DNA of 64,000 nt from Syntrophales bacterium. GTDB lineage: Bacteria > Desulfobacterota > Syntrophia > Syntrophales > UBA2210. Below, in pieces: positions 47,701 through 56,063 of the stretch. Within the stretch, counting starts at the first letter, position 1, and every line of letters begins with the position of its first letter. Under the pieces are notes generated by a model. That model did not search any database and was not told where the DNA came from. It saw only the letters and a list, made by a program, of their open reading frames with translations. The stretch is from the NCBI GenBank assembly GCA_963666365.2, contig CAXXNF010000001.1, forward strand, positions 224,001-288,000, in the 5' to 3' direction. A program made the translations under genes and the position numbers.

Positions 47701-49722
47701 GTACGCAACGAGTTTGACGCCTTCTGGCAAATCAGGGCGACCGACGAAAACGGCAACCAGACACGGGTCGAGCGAAACCGCTTCGGCTACATCACCATGT
47801 TGAGACCGCCCCTGTGGAACGACAGTTTCTACGAATACGACAGGGACAACAATCTGATCAAAGCCACCGATCCGTTGAGAAGAGCCACCTACAACGGCTA
47901 CGACAAGAACGGACGGCTTTATATGACAAGAGACGCCCGGAATAACACCGTATACCGCTACTACGACAAGGAAGGAAACCTGGTCCGGCTCAGAGACCAG
48001 CGTGCCAACGAAACCCGGTTCGATTATGACTCGAACGACCGGTTGACGGACACTACCGACCCGCTGGCACGAACCATCACCTACACCCGTGACGCTCTGG
48101 GCCGCATTGCGGAACAGACAAACAAACGGGGGCAGAAGGTGGCGTTCTCCTACGACGGAGAAGGCCGCATGACATCAAAACGATATGACGGCACGGAGGA
48201 AGCGGCATACACCTACGATGCCGCCGGTAACCTTACCCAAATGATCGATGACTGGGGAACCACCACATATGACTACGATGAGCGAAACCGGGTAACCGCA
48301 ATCACCTATCCGGACACTATGACCCTTTCTTTTACCTACGACGAACTGGGCAACTGCAGTTCCCTCACCTACCCCGACGGCCAGACGGTACGCTACACCT
48401 ACGACGATGTGAACCGGATCACGATACCGCGGGGCCTGAGAAACGGCGCCAATATCGAAATACGGCCGAACAGGGAAAAGCCGAACCGGATCACCGCCAT
48501 GAACTGGGGGGAGACTCACTCCGTCACAGGCGACTATGACCCCGCCGCCCGTTTGATCACACAGACCCGCTCAAACGGCGCCGTGACCGAGTTTTCCTAC
48601 GACGCCAACGACCGGGTAACGGGGATCAATCACAAAAAAGGGGACACCCCCCTTCTCGAACTGAATTATACCTATGACGACGCGGACAACCTGCTTTCCG
48701 AACTTTCCTCAGATCCCGTCACACCGGCCGTGAGCGATGCCTCCCTGGCAGCGACTGTCGACGCCGCCAACCAAATCAGCCGGCTGGGAAGCGACACGTA
48801 CACCTTCGACAGCGACGGCAATCGAATCGGAGTAAGCAGTGGTCAATTCGCCGCCGTCTACGACCCGGAAAACCATGCCACGCAGATCACCCGCAACGGG
48901 GTCGCCGCCGCCTGCACCTACGACGGACAGGGCATGATGGTGCAGCGCACAGTGGACGGCGAGACCACCACCTACCACTACGACGATGCGGGACGCCTCC
49001 TTTTTGAAACGGATAGTTCGGGCGCCGTGAGCAACACCTATATATACATGGGCAGAAAACCGGTTGCCATGGGAACAAAGGACAGCGGATACAGGTTCTT
49101 TCATTTCAACAACCTCGGAAACACGCTCGCCCTGACCGACGCGACCGGTTCGGTCATCAAACGGTACGCCTACCAGCCTTACGGGGCCGCGACCGGCAGT
49201 GGGTCAGAGATTTCGAACCTCTTCACCTTTGTGGGCGCTCACGGCGTCATGGATCTGGGCGACGGCCTGTTTCTGATGAAACGCAGGCTCTACGACGCCC
49301 GGAGCGGCAGGTTCCTGCAGACCGACCCCATCGGCATCGCCGGCGGGATCAATCTTTACACCTATGCCGAGAACAATCCCCTGCGCTACATCGATCCCGA
49401 AGGCACCTCAATCCTCCTTGCTTACGCGGCAGGTGCAGCTATAGTCGCTCTCGCAGTGGTCATTTTGACACCAGCCGACGACACAAAAGATGCCGACCAG
49501 ACGACAGATGCCGGCTTTCACGAACATGCCGAGCAGGCAGCTGAAAATAGGGTGAAGGGTGCACAAAAAGTGAAAGAAGCCAAAGGTACGGGAAACAAGT
49601 TCAGAGCCTTTACGGACGCGTACTATGAATCCAAAGAAGATACTCGTAAATTGGCTCCAAAGGCGGGTGAGGAGGCAGTAGAGAAAGTCGGAAAGGGGTA
49701 CTTACGGGTACTAAGGCGTTAG
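44794..49722 (+). CDS. RHS-2: signal peptide, PQQ-like beta-propeller, DUF6531-like region, YD shell, RHS core, short C-terminal domain
   Basis: GAGGAG RBS then MNRPLSIV; STPVV, G.QLW, SPAV repeats; VNTATLNL..FGHGWRF; RRLYDARSGRFLQTDPIG..NLYTYAENNPLRYIDPEG. Confidence 0.92.
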   Translation: MNRPLSIVLSCLILVICVLAAPSAPLFAEPGSLLWRSPLSSGGPCTWSTPVVTGSRCYVQDQEGGIYCFNTADGEQLWYKKLSGGWPTASPVYKNGKLFVFAGSGIDFDVVDTVYRLDPLSCGAVETQFTPAPGVAISAMSPAVSDTMVYVPTSSTLYAIDAGTFEKAWEMSVPGASVIIGGEILYVLADKLYGVDAQTGKEYWRMDPPHSTGFDMGALSGDILVAYTKYSGSPDYVSKLHAFRLSPENMGASLLATSVDPPSLLWSFTPTDHAYSDWSPPAIDASISRVYAVNRAGYLWAFDLEGDGTLLWNRPVRGSGMASAKPVALDGKVYIQAAGTSGEYGTPHWLVCYDVNELEKFLEYDDPNDPDTFWQSESLVDLWNANATPEDIERRAQWEADGFTIGEMKTAWGSPAVVNGKVYIATDHGGGVLAFEGEPSEHSWYMISQNPHLTGSVDGSQKDFYNSPSTLGLSVDNATTAFGFSDQPPMRIGLPDYQVNTATLNLVLQGTLFWMKTRGPSVAAALVYNADHTLHSGLFGHGWRFAYESTATIGCSSHAIDIRKGSGQVLTFTSTEDLTADPDTLDYPLELTPPTGNFDRVTVYEGYCEWFEKSSRFTYRYDKSTLEGSQIYYLTSITDRNGNRIDVEVDRTNGHITSVTGPADRQLTMTYDADSRCTQIATPAFDSRSLAFEYDEEGFLTAVTDMAGYRSTYEYDDDGYMTRMTRDSHWATFEYASRGSGLGKYVTKVTDSDVGWTLYELLKQDPVEVRRTSRQGKARIFKSNDGLTGSVTDPLGNVSTIGYENKLPVSFKDRNGHIERLVYDNRGNVTTQIDALNRWTRFSYNSDDTLHSMTNPLSETWYYAYDSHQNLTRVTSPEGNITQISYDSYGQVNKITDPNGHVTDYYYDIWGNLKTVEDPLGNVTRFGYDGSHLHCIYITDARDNEKQILYDDNDRLSRVYYGPDYEGPSVRNEFDAFWQIRATDENGNQTRVERNRFGYITMLRPPLWNDSFYEYDRDNNLIKATDPLRRATYNGYDKNGRLYMTRDARNNTVYRYYDKEGNLVRLRDQRANETRFDYDSNDRLTDTTDPLARTITYTRDALGRIAEQTNKRGQKVAFSYDGEGRMTSKRYDGTEEAAYTYDAAGNLTQMIDDWGTTTYDYDERNRVTAITYPDTMTLSFTYDELGNCSSLTYPDGQTVRYTYDDVNRITIPRGLRNGANIEIRPNREKPNRITAMNWGETHSVTGDYDPAARLITQTRSNGAVTEFSYDANDRVTGINHKKGDTPLLELNYTYDDADNLLSELSSDPVTPAVSDASLAATVDAANQISRLGSDTYTFDSDGNRIGVSSGQFAAVYDPENHATQITRNGVAAACTYDGQGMMVQRTVDGETTTYHYDDAGRLLFETDSSGAVSNTYIYMGRKPVAMGTKDSGYRFFHFNNLGNTLALTDATGSVIKRYAYQPYGAATGSGSEISNLFTFVGAHGVMDLGDGLFLMKRRLYDARSGRFLQTDPIGIAGGINLYTYAENNPLRYIDPEGTSILLAYAAGAAIVALAVVILTPADDTKDADQTTDAGFHEHAEQAAENRVKGAQKVKEAKGTGNKFRAFTDAYYESKEDTRKLAPKAGEEAVEKVGKGYLRVLRR

Positions 49723-49856
49723 TAAAGGATGTCATAGCGGGAGCATCAGCTGTGACAGGGGTCTCGGGATTACACCTAATCCGTAAAGCTCCGGAAAAAT
49801 AATGCATCGCATCGCATTGCATTGCATACATGCTTCATCACACAGGGAGTGATATT

Positions 49857-50240
49857 ATGAAGAGACGCATCCACTCAGTTTTACTCATAGCGGCCATGTG
49901 TTTCATCTGCACTGCCGCAGCGGCTGCCACCTACACCTATGACGAGCTGAACCGTCTCACGAAAGTCGTCTACGGCTCCGGCAGCGACGGGACCTTGTCG
50001 TACATCGAATACACCTACGATACGGCCGGCAACATCACCCTCATCAGTTCCCTCGGGAATATATTATATGGCGATGTCGACAACAACCGGACAGTCGATC
50101 TGGCCGATGCCATCATGTCGCTTCGGATCGTAACCGGCCAGAGCGTCTCTCCTCCCAACGTCCGGAAAGCGGCGATCAACAACGACCAACGGATCGGCCC
50201 TGAAGAGACGATATACATTATGAAGAAAATATCCGAGTGA
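49857..50240 (+). CDS. Secreted YD-hairpin + dockerin-like protein (partner of RHS-2)
   Basis: Signal MKRRIH..TAAAAA; YTYDELNRLTKV..YTYDTAGNI; YGDVDNNRTVDLADAI..INNDQRIGPEETIY. Confidence 0.88.
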   Translation: MKRRIHSVLLIAAMCFICTAAAAATYTYDELNRLTKVVYGSGSDGTLSYIEYTYDTAGNITLISSLGNILYGDVDNNRTVDLADAIMSLRIVTGQSVSPPNVRKAAINNDQRIGPEETIYIMKKISE

Positions 50241-50533
50241 CTCCTGTAGCTGCCATCCTTCAAAAATTAATTAATCCGGTTCATCATTTCCAACCTTTCA
50301 AAGCCAATAAGTACGCAAGAACCGGATGAACCTGTTTTTTTCTGCCTTTCGGCGTCTTGCGGGAACAAATAAATCAGTTACTTAGAAGTAGACAGGACAT
50401 CACAATAATGTTAGGTTGAAAGCAGTTTTTTTTCAAAGCTACCTCACATCGCGCGAATATAAAAACTGTTTTTTTCGGTAGCATACAGCAACTATCGATG
50501 GCCTGAATCACGCCATCCTGAGGAGTGTGTGAC

Positions 50534-53500
50534 ATGAACAGGCCTTTCGCTGTAATTCTCTCTTGTGTGACTCTTGTAATTTGTGTACTTGCAGCAACCT
50601 CTGCCCCTCTCCTGGCCGAACCCGGCACGCTGCTCTGGAGATCGCCCCTGTCGAGCGGTGAACCAAGCACCTGGTCCACTCCAGTGGTGATAGGCGACAG
50701 GTGCTATGTGCAGGATCAGGCTGGCGGCATCTACGGTTTTCGAACAACCGACGGGGAGCAGCTCTGGTATAAAAAGGTTTCCGGAGGCTGGCCGGTTTCG
50801 TCGCCCGTCTACAGAAACGGCAAATTGTTCATGATGGCCAGCAGCAACAATGAAATTGACAGCAAGGATCCTTATGTTGTCGATACTGTCTACCGGCTCC
50901 ACCCCGACTGCGGGCGTATTGAAAAGCAGTTTACCCCTGAGGTCGGCGTCTCCATCAATGCAATGTCTCCGGCCGTATCCGATTCCCTGGTGTACATACC
51001 CACCTTTTCAAAACTCTACGCCATCGATGTCAATACCTTCGAACCGGTCTGGGAGATGGCCGTCACCGGGGCAAGCGTCATCATCGGCGGCGACATCCTC
51101 TATGTGCTTGCCGATAAACTCTATGGCGTGAATGCCGAAACCGGAGAAGAATACTGGCACATGGATGCCCCCCACAGTACCGGATTCGACATGGGGGCGC
51201 TCTCCGGGGATATTCTGGTGGCCTTTACAAAGTATTGTTGGACGGACTATTTCTCAACGCTGCATGCCTTCAGGCTGCATCCCGAAAATATGGAGATTCC
51301 CCCTCCCACAGAGACTCCGCCCTACCGGATCGACCCTCCGGAAGTTATCTGGTCTTATGCCTATCGCACCGGGCTTCTGGAGACCGCAGGGTCGTCCGAC
51401 TTCTCTCCCCCCGCAATCGACAGCAGCACGGCAACCGTGTATGGGATTAACAGATCCGGGGTTCTGAAAGCATTCGCCCTCGAAGGCAATGGAGAACCGC
51501 TCTTCATGATGGGTGTCAGGGATAATGGCCTGGCTTCGGCCAAGCCGGTGGCCCTTGACGGAAAGATTTACATACAGGTAGGATCCGGCACCTCCTATTA
51601 TCTTCGCTGTTTTGATGCACGTAATCTCCCTGGCGTCCCTCCCGTACTATGGGCGTCAGAATCGCTGGGGAGTGGCGGCGAGATGCAGGTTGCCTGGGGA
51701 TCACCTGCTGTAGTGGATGGCAGAATTTATATCGCCACCGACCATGGCGGCGGCCTGCTGTGTTTTGAAAGCGATCCTTCGGAACACAGCTGGTACATGC
51801 TCACCCAGAACCCCAATCTGACAGGGTCTGCGGGCGGCTGGAAAAAGGATTTCGGCAATTACCCTGCCACCCTCGGTCTGGCCACAGACAACGAAAATAC
51901 CGCCTTCGGCTTCAGCGATGAGCCGCCCATGAGAATCGGGCTGCCCGATTACCAGGTGAACACGGCTACGCTCAACCTTGTATTGCAGGGAACCCTGTTC
52001 TGGATGAAAACCCGCGGCCCTTCAGTTGCCGCCGCCCTGGTGTACAACGCCGACCACACCGCACCATCGGGCCCTTTCGGTAACGGCTGGCGATTTGCCT
52101 ATGAATCCACCGTGGAAATCGACTGCAGCGGTAAAAACGCGGAATTACGAAAAGGCTCCGGCCAGGTCATTACTTTTTCATCCAGGAAAGATCTTTTATC
52201 TGATACGCTTTCCTACCCCCAGAATCTGTCGCCCCCCACAGGCAATTTCGACGGTTTTATCGCCTATAACGGCTACTATGAATGGTTCGAGAAATCCTCC
52301 CGCTTTACTTACCGGTACGATTTTTCAACCATTCACGGACCGGCGCTTGCCTACCTGACCGCCATTACCGATCAGAACGGCAACCGTGTGACGCTGGATG
52401 TGGACCTCGCCACTGGAAAGATCAGCAGGATCACCGGGCCGGCAGAGCGCCAATTGACGCTGACCTATGACGATAACAGCCGCTGCATTCAGATCACAAC
52501 CCCCGCCTTTGATTCCCGGACGATACGATTCGAATATGACGAAGAGGGGTTTCTCACGGCAATCAACGACATGGCCGGTTACCGAAGCATCTACGAATAC
52601 GATGACGACGGCTACATGACCAAGATGACCCGGGACAGCCACTGGGCATCCTTCGAATACGCATCCCGGGGATCGGGCCTTGGGAAATACGTGACGAAGG
52701 TCACGGACAGCGATGTCGGGTGGACCCTCTATGAACTTTTGAAGCAGGACCCGGTGGAGGTACGGCGCACCAGCCGGCAGGGCAAAGCGAGAGTTTTTAA
52801 AAGCAACGACGGCCTGACCGGGTCGGTGACAGACCCCCTGGGCAACGTCAGCACCATCGGCTACGAGAACAAGCTGCCCGTCAGTTTCAAAGACAGAAAC
52901 GGGCACATAGAGCGGATGGTATACGACAACCGGGGAAATATCATCACACAGATAGACGCCCTGAACCGTTGGACCCGGTTTTCGTACAACAGCGATGACA
53001 CGCTTCACTCCATGACCAACCCGCTTTCCGAAACCTGGTACTACGCATACGATTCGCATCAGAACCTGATACGAGTCACCTCGCCCGAAGGCAACATCAC
53101 ACAGATCAGCTACGACGAATACGGTCAGGTCAACACAATCATCGACCCCAACGGCCATGTCACCAATTATTATTACGACAGCTACGGCAATCTGAAAACC
53201 GTGGAAGATCCCCTGGGCAATGTCACCCGGTTCGGCTATGACGGATCCAAGCTCCACTGCATATTTATCACCGATGCACGGGGGAACGAAAAACAGATAC
53301 TCTACGACGACAACGACCGCCTGAGCCGCGTCTATTATGGGCCGGACTACGAAGGACCCAGCGTACGCAACGAGTTTGACGCCTTCTGGCAAATCAGGGC
53401 GACCGACGAAAACGGCAACCGGACACGGGTCGAGCGGAACCGCTTCGGCTACATCACCAGGCTGAGTCCGCCCCTGTCGAACGACAGTTTCTACGAATAC

Positions 53501-55375
53501 GACAGGGACAACAATCTGGTCAAGACCACCGATCCGTTGAAAAGAACCACCTACAACGGCTACGATAAGAACGGACGGCTTTATATGACAAGAGACGCCG
53601 GGGGACACACCGTATACCGCTATTACGACAAGGAAGGCAACCTGGTCCGACTCAAAGACCAGCGTGAAAACGAAACCCTCTTCGATTACGACTCGAACGA
53701 CCGGTTGACGGAAAACACCGACCCGCTGGAACGAACCATCACCTACACCCGTGACGCTCTGGGCCGCATTGCGGAACAGACAAACAAACGGGGGCAGAAG
53801 GTGGCGTTCTCCTACGACGGAGAAGGCCGCATGACATCAAAACGATATGACGGCACGGAGGAAGCGGCATACACCTACGATGCCGCCGGTAACCTTACCC
53901 AAATGATCGATGACTGGGGAACCACCACATATGACTACGATGAGCGAAACCGGGTAACCGCAATCACCTATCCGGACACTATGACCCTTTCTTTTACCTA
54001 CGACGAACTGGGCAACTGCAGTTCCCTCACCTACCCCGACGGCCAGACGGTACGCTACACCTACGACGATGTGAACCGGATCACGATACCGCGGGGCCTG
54101 AGAAACGGCGCCAATATCGAAATACGGCCGAACAGGGAAAAGCCGAACCGGATCACCGCCATGAACTGGGGGGAGACTCACTCCGTCACAGGCGACTATG
54201 ACCCCGCCGCCCGTTTGATCACACAGACCCGCTCAAACGGCGCCGTGACCGAGTTTTCCTACGACGCCAACGACCGGGTAACGGGGATCAATCACAAAAA
54301 AGGGGACACCCCCCTTCTCGAACTGAATTATACCTATGACGACGCGGACAACCTGCTTTCCGAACTTTCCTCAGATCCCGTCACACCGGCCGTGAGCGAT
54401 GCCTCCCTGGCAGCGACTGTCGACGCCGCCAACCAAATCAGCCGGCTGGGAAGCGACACGTACACCTTCGACAGCGACGGCAATCGAATCGGAGTAAGCA
54501 GTGGTCAATTCGCCGCCGTCTACGACCCGGAAAACCATGCCACGCAGATCACCCGCAACGGGGTCGCCGCCGCCTGCACCTACGACGGACAGGGCATGAT
54601 GGTGCAGCGCACAGTGGACGGCGAGACCACCACCTACCACTACGACGATGCGGGACGCCTCCTTTTTGAAACGGATAGTTCGGGCGCCGTGAGCAACACC
54701 TATATATACATGGGCAGAAAACCGGTTGCCATGGGAACAAAGGACAGCGGATACAGGTTCTTTCATTTCAACAACCTCGGAAACACGCTCGCCCTGACCG
54801 ACGCGACCGGTTCGGTCATCAAACGGTACGCCTACCAGCCTTACGGGGCCGCGACCGGCAGTGGGTCAGAGATTTCGAACCTCTTCACCTTTGTGGGCGC
54901 TCACGGCGTCATGGATCTGGGCGACGGCCTGTTTCTGATGAAACGCAGGCTCTACGACGCCCGGAGCGGCAGGTTCCTGCAGACCGACCCCATCGGCATC
55001 GCCGGCGGGATCAATCTTTACACCTATGCCGAGAACAATCCGATAAAAAATATCGACCCAGAAGGCACCTCAATCCTCCTTGCTTACGCGGCAGGTGCAG
55101 CTATAGTCGCTCTCGCAGCGGTCATTTTGACACCAGCCGACGACACAAAAGATGCCGGCGATACGTCATTTTTGGATGATGCCAGCCAGACATTTGAGAA
55201 AAATCAGCGGAATGAACAAAAAGTGAGAGAAGCCGCAAATACGGGAGACCGGTACCGTGTCGTGGCGGAAAGTTTACATGAGCAAAAAGAAGATATTCGC
55301 AGATTGGCTCCAAAGGCGGGTGAGGAGGCAGTAGAGAAAGTCGTAAAGGGAACATTTCGGGCACTAAGGCAGTAA
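50534..55375 (+). CDS. RHS-3: tandem paralog of RHS-2
   Basis: Same architecture; NLYTYAENNPIKNIDPEG; propeller loops and C-terminal tip diverged. Confidence 0.92.
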   Translation: MNRPFAVILSCVTLVICVLAATSAPLLAEPGTLLWRSPLSSGEPSTWSTPVVIGDRCYVQDQAGGIYGFRTTDGEQLWYKKVSGGWPVSSPVYRNGKLFMMASSNNEIDSKDPYVVDTVYRLHPDCGRIEKQFTPEVGVSINAMSPAVSDSLVYIPTFSKLYAIDVNTFEPVWEMAVTGASVIIGGDILYVLADKLYGVNAETGEEYWHMDAPHSTGFDMGALSGDILVAFTKYCWTDYFSTLHAFRLHPENMEIPPPTETPPYRIDPPEVIWSYAYRTGLLETAGSSDFSPPAIDSSTATVYGINRSGVLKAFALEGNGEPLFMMGVRDNGLASAKPVALDGKIYIQVGSGTSYYLRCFDARNLPGVPPVLWASESLGSGGEMQVAWGSPAVVDGRIYIATDHGGGLLCFESDPSEHSWYMLTQNPNLTGSAGGWKKDFGNYPATLGLATDNENTAFGFSDEPPMRIGLPDYQVNTATLNLVLQGTLFWMKTRGPSVAAALVYNADHTAPSGPFGNGWRFAYESTVEIDCSGKNAELRKGSGQVITFSSRKDLLSDTLSYPQNLSPPTGNFDGFIAYNGYYEWFEKSSRFTYRYDFSTIHGPALAYLTAITDQNGNRVTLDVDLATGKISRITGPAERQLTLTYDDNSRCIQITTPAFDSRTIRFEYDEEGFLTAINDMAGYRSIYEYDDDGYMTKMTRDSHWASFEYASRGSGLGKYVTKVTDSDVGWTLYELLKQDPVEVRRTSRQGKARVFKSNDGLTGSVTDPLGNVSTIGYENKLPVSFKDRNGHIERMVYDNRGNIITQIDALNRWTRFSYNSDDTLHSMTNPLSETWYYAYDSHQNLIRVTSPEGNITQISYDEYGQVNTIIDPNGHVTNYYYDSYGNLKTVEDPLGNVTRFGYDGSKLHCIFITDARGNEKQILYDDNDRLSRVYYGPDYEGPSVRNEFDAFWQIRATDENGNRTRVERNRFGYITRLSPPLSNDSFYEYDRDNNLVKTTDPLKRTTYNGYDKNGRLYMTRDAGGHTVYRYYDKEGNLVRLKDQRENETLFDYDSNDRLTENTDPLERTITYTRDALGRIAEQTNKRGQKVAFSYDGEGRMTSKRYDGTEEAAYTYDAAGNLTQMIDDWGTTTYDYDERNRVTAITYPDTMTLSFTYDELGNCSSLTYPDGQTVRYTYDDVNRITIPRGLRNGANIEIRPNREKPNRITAMNWGETHSVTGDYDPAARLITQTRSNGAVTEFSYDANDRVTGINHKKGDTPLLELNYTYDDADNLLSELSSDPVTPAVSDASLAATVDAANQISRLGSDTYTFDSDGNRIGVSSGQFAAVYDPENHATQITRNGVAAACTYDGQGMMVQRTVDGETTTYHYDDAGRLLFETDSSGAVSNTYIYMGRKPVAMGTKDSGYRFFHFNNLGNTLALTDATGSVIKRYAYQPYGAATGSGSEISNLFTFVGAHGVMDLGDGLFLMKRRLYDARSGRFLQTDPIGIAGGINLYTYAENNPIKNIDPEGTSILLAYAAGAAIVALAAVILTPADDTKDAGDTSFLDDASQTFEKNQRNEQKVREAANTGDRYRVVAESLHEQKEDIRRLAPKAGEEAVEKVVKGTFRALRQ

Positions 55376-55496
55376 AGGGTGTCATATCGGAAACTTAAGC
55401 TGCGACAGGGGCCCCGGGACTAAACCTAATCCGGGAAGCTCTGGGAGAATAATGCATCGCATTGCAAACATGCTTCATTACACACGGGGAAATATT

Positions 55497-55880
55497 ATGA
55501 ATAGACGAATCCAATTAGTTCTACTTATAGTGGCCATGTGTTTTACCTGCACTGCCGCAGCGGCAGCAACCTATACCTACGATAAGCTGAACCGGTTGAC
55601 TAAGGTCGTCTACGGCTCCGGCAGCGACGGGACCTTGTCGTACATCGAATACACCTACGACGCGGCCGGAAACATCACCCTCATCAGTTCCCTCGGGAAC
55701 GTATTGTATGGCGATGTCGACAACAACCGGAAAGTCGATCTGGCCGATGCAATTATGTCTTTCCAGATCGTAACCGGCCAGAGCATCTCTCCCCCGGAAG
55801 TACGGAAAGCGGCGATCAACGATGACCGGCAGATAGGCCCGGAAGAGGCGATCTACATTCTGCGCAAAATATCTGAGTGA
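55497..55880 (+). CDS. Secreted YD-hairpin + dockerin-like protein (partner of RHS-3)
   Basis: Close paralog of 49857-50240. Confidence 0.88.
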   Translation: MNRRIQLVLLIVAMCFTCTAAAAATYTYDKLNRLTKVVYGSGSDGTLSYIEYTYDAAGNITLISSLGNVLYGDVDNNRKVDLADAIMSFQIVTGQSISPPEVRKAAINDDRQIGPEEAIYILRKISE

Positions 55881-56063
55881 TCTTCTTCTCTACCATCCTT
55901 CAAAAATTAATTACTCCGGCTCACCATTTTTTTATTATATTTTTAGTATTACTATTTCTTTTCTCCTATGTTTTGCTACTAAAGTGGTGTAGAAGAACAG
56001 GTGCGCAACGCCTTGAAATTATCTATGACAGTCGGAAAAAGAAATACTAAAACAGGAGGAAAC

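Larger units (their letters stand above)
44540..55930 (+). repeat. Tandem duplication of an approximately 5.7-kb unit (leader + RHS + YD-dockerin)
   Basis: Shared upstream CATCACAATAATGTTA and ACTATCGATGGCCTGAATCACGCCATCCTGAGGAG; shared downstream CCATCCTTCAAAAATTAATTA; boundaries approximate. Confidence 0.88.

Noticed and set aside
24000..56000. Integrative or mobile element boundaries for the RHS island
   Set aside because: No integrase, transposase, tRNA or flanking direct repeats were seen.
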